Assembly (NCBI GenBank): GCA_963717525.1
Contig: OY970343.1
Span: forward strand, 1,760,001-1,824,000
Direction: 5' to 3'
Length of the DNA stretch: 64,000 nt
Source of the DNA: an uncultured Methanoregulaceae archaeon
GTDB taxonomy: Archaea; Halobacteriota; Methanomicrobia; Methanomicrobiales; Methanospirillaceae
In this document: piece after piece, positions 63,704-64,000 of the stretch
How the letters are laid out: the number at the start of each line of letters is the position of its first letter
How positions within the stretch are numbered: position 1 is the first letter of the stretch
The notes under the pieces: model-generated
Seen by the model: only the letters and a program-made list of their open reading frames with translations
Database searches by the model: none
Told to the model about the DNA's origin: nothing
Translations under genes and position numbers: made by a program

Positions 63704-64000
63704 ATGACGACCATCCGCGGAATCAAACAGGACCTCCTCAGGCTGCTGCTCGAACTGGGCAAAAACAGTCACCCCAAAGAGTTCGCCGCACTCCTCAAAG
63801 AGGAAGACGGGGTCATCAGCGAACTCAACCTCCTTCCCGGCACCATCACCGGCAGCGCGTCCGCCTCGATCTTCTTTGATATGATGCCACTTGGCACCCA
63901 CACCGCGGGAAGCGCCCACTCCCACCCGAATGGGGTGCTCCGGCCATCGAACGCTGATGTGAATTTCTTTCCCCGGGCAGGAAGGTACCACCTCATCATC
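63704..64000 (+). CDS. JAMM/Mov34 (MPN+) metalloprotease, truncated by window end
   Basis: Translated by hand: HPKEF...GSAHSHPNGVLRPSNAD. Confidence 0.85.
   Translation, partial: MTTIRGIKQDLLRLLLELGKNSHPKEFAALLKEEDGVISELNLLPGTITGSASASIFFDMMPLGTHTAGSAHSHPNGVLRPSNADVNFFPRAGRYHLII

Overview
Core-chromosome window of a methanogenic archaeon, most consistent with Methanomicrobiales (Methanoregula-like). This is inferred from SepRS, phosphoribulokinase, fused Kae1-Bud32, AglB, Taw1, a PGF-pre-PGF surface protein and archaeal r-proteins/initiation factors. Contents in order: rps12-rps7-EF2; queDEC; aRF1-argS-taw1-sepS; prk; an MrfAB-like helicase/exonuclease pair; an orphan DNA methyltransferase; a beta-propeller surface protein; SufC/SufBD (SmsCB); a UDP-GlcNAc/N-glycosylation cluster ending in aglB; the aIF2gamma to rpl40e informational operon; htpX; tRNA-Gly and tRNA-Val; a radical SAM/SPASM gene surrounded by small ORFs; a complete trpEGDCFBA operon; and assorted metabolic genes. 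About 11 single-base frameshifts in otherwise intact genes, some essential, point to indel errors in the assembly. The most notable unexplained signals are: (1) a Met-Lys-Ser-Gly-Trp-Trp-stop mini-ORF overlapping the trpE ribosome-binding site, with TRP-box-like repeats over the trp TATA box; (2) a canonical ORB (Orc1/Cdc6 box) next to the tRNAs with no cdc6 in the window; (3) a very basic 71-aa two-repeat protein divergent from a putative peptide-modifying rSAM/SPASM enzyme. No CRISPR array, rRNA or transposase was seen. Family assignments come from motif recognition by eye, not from database searches.
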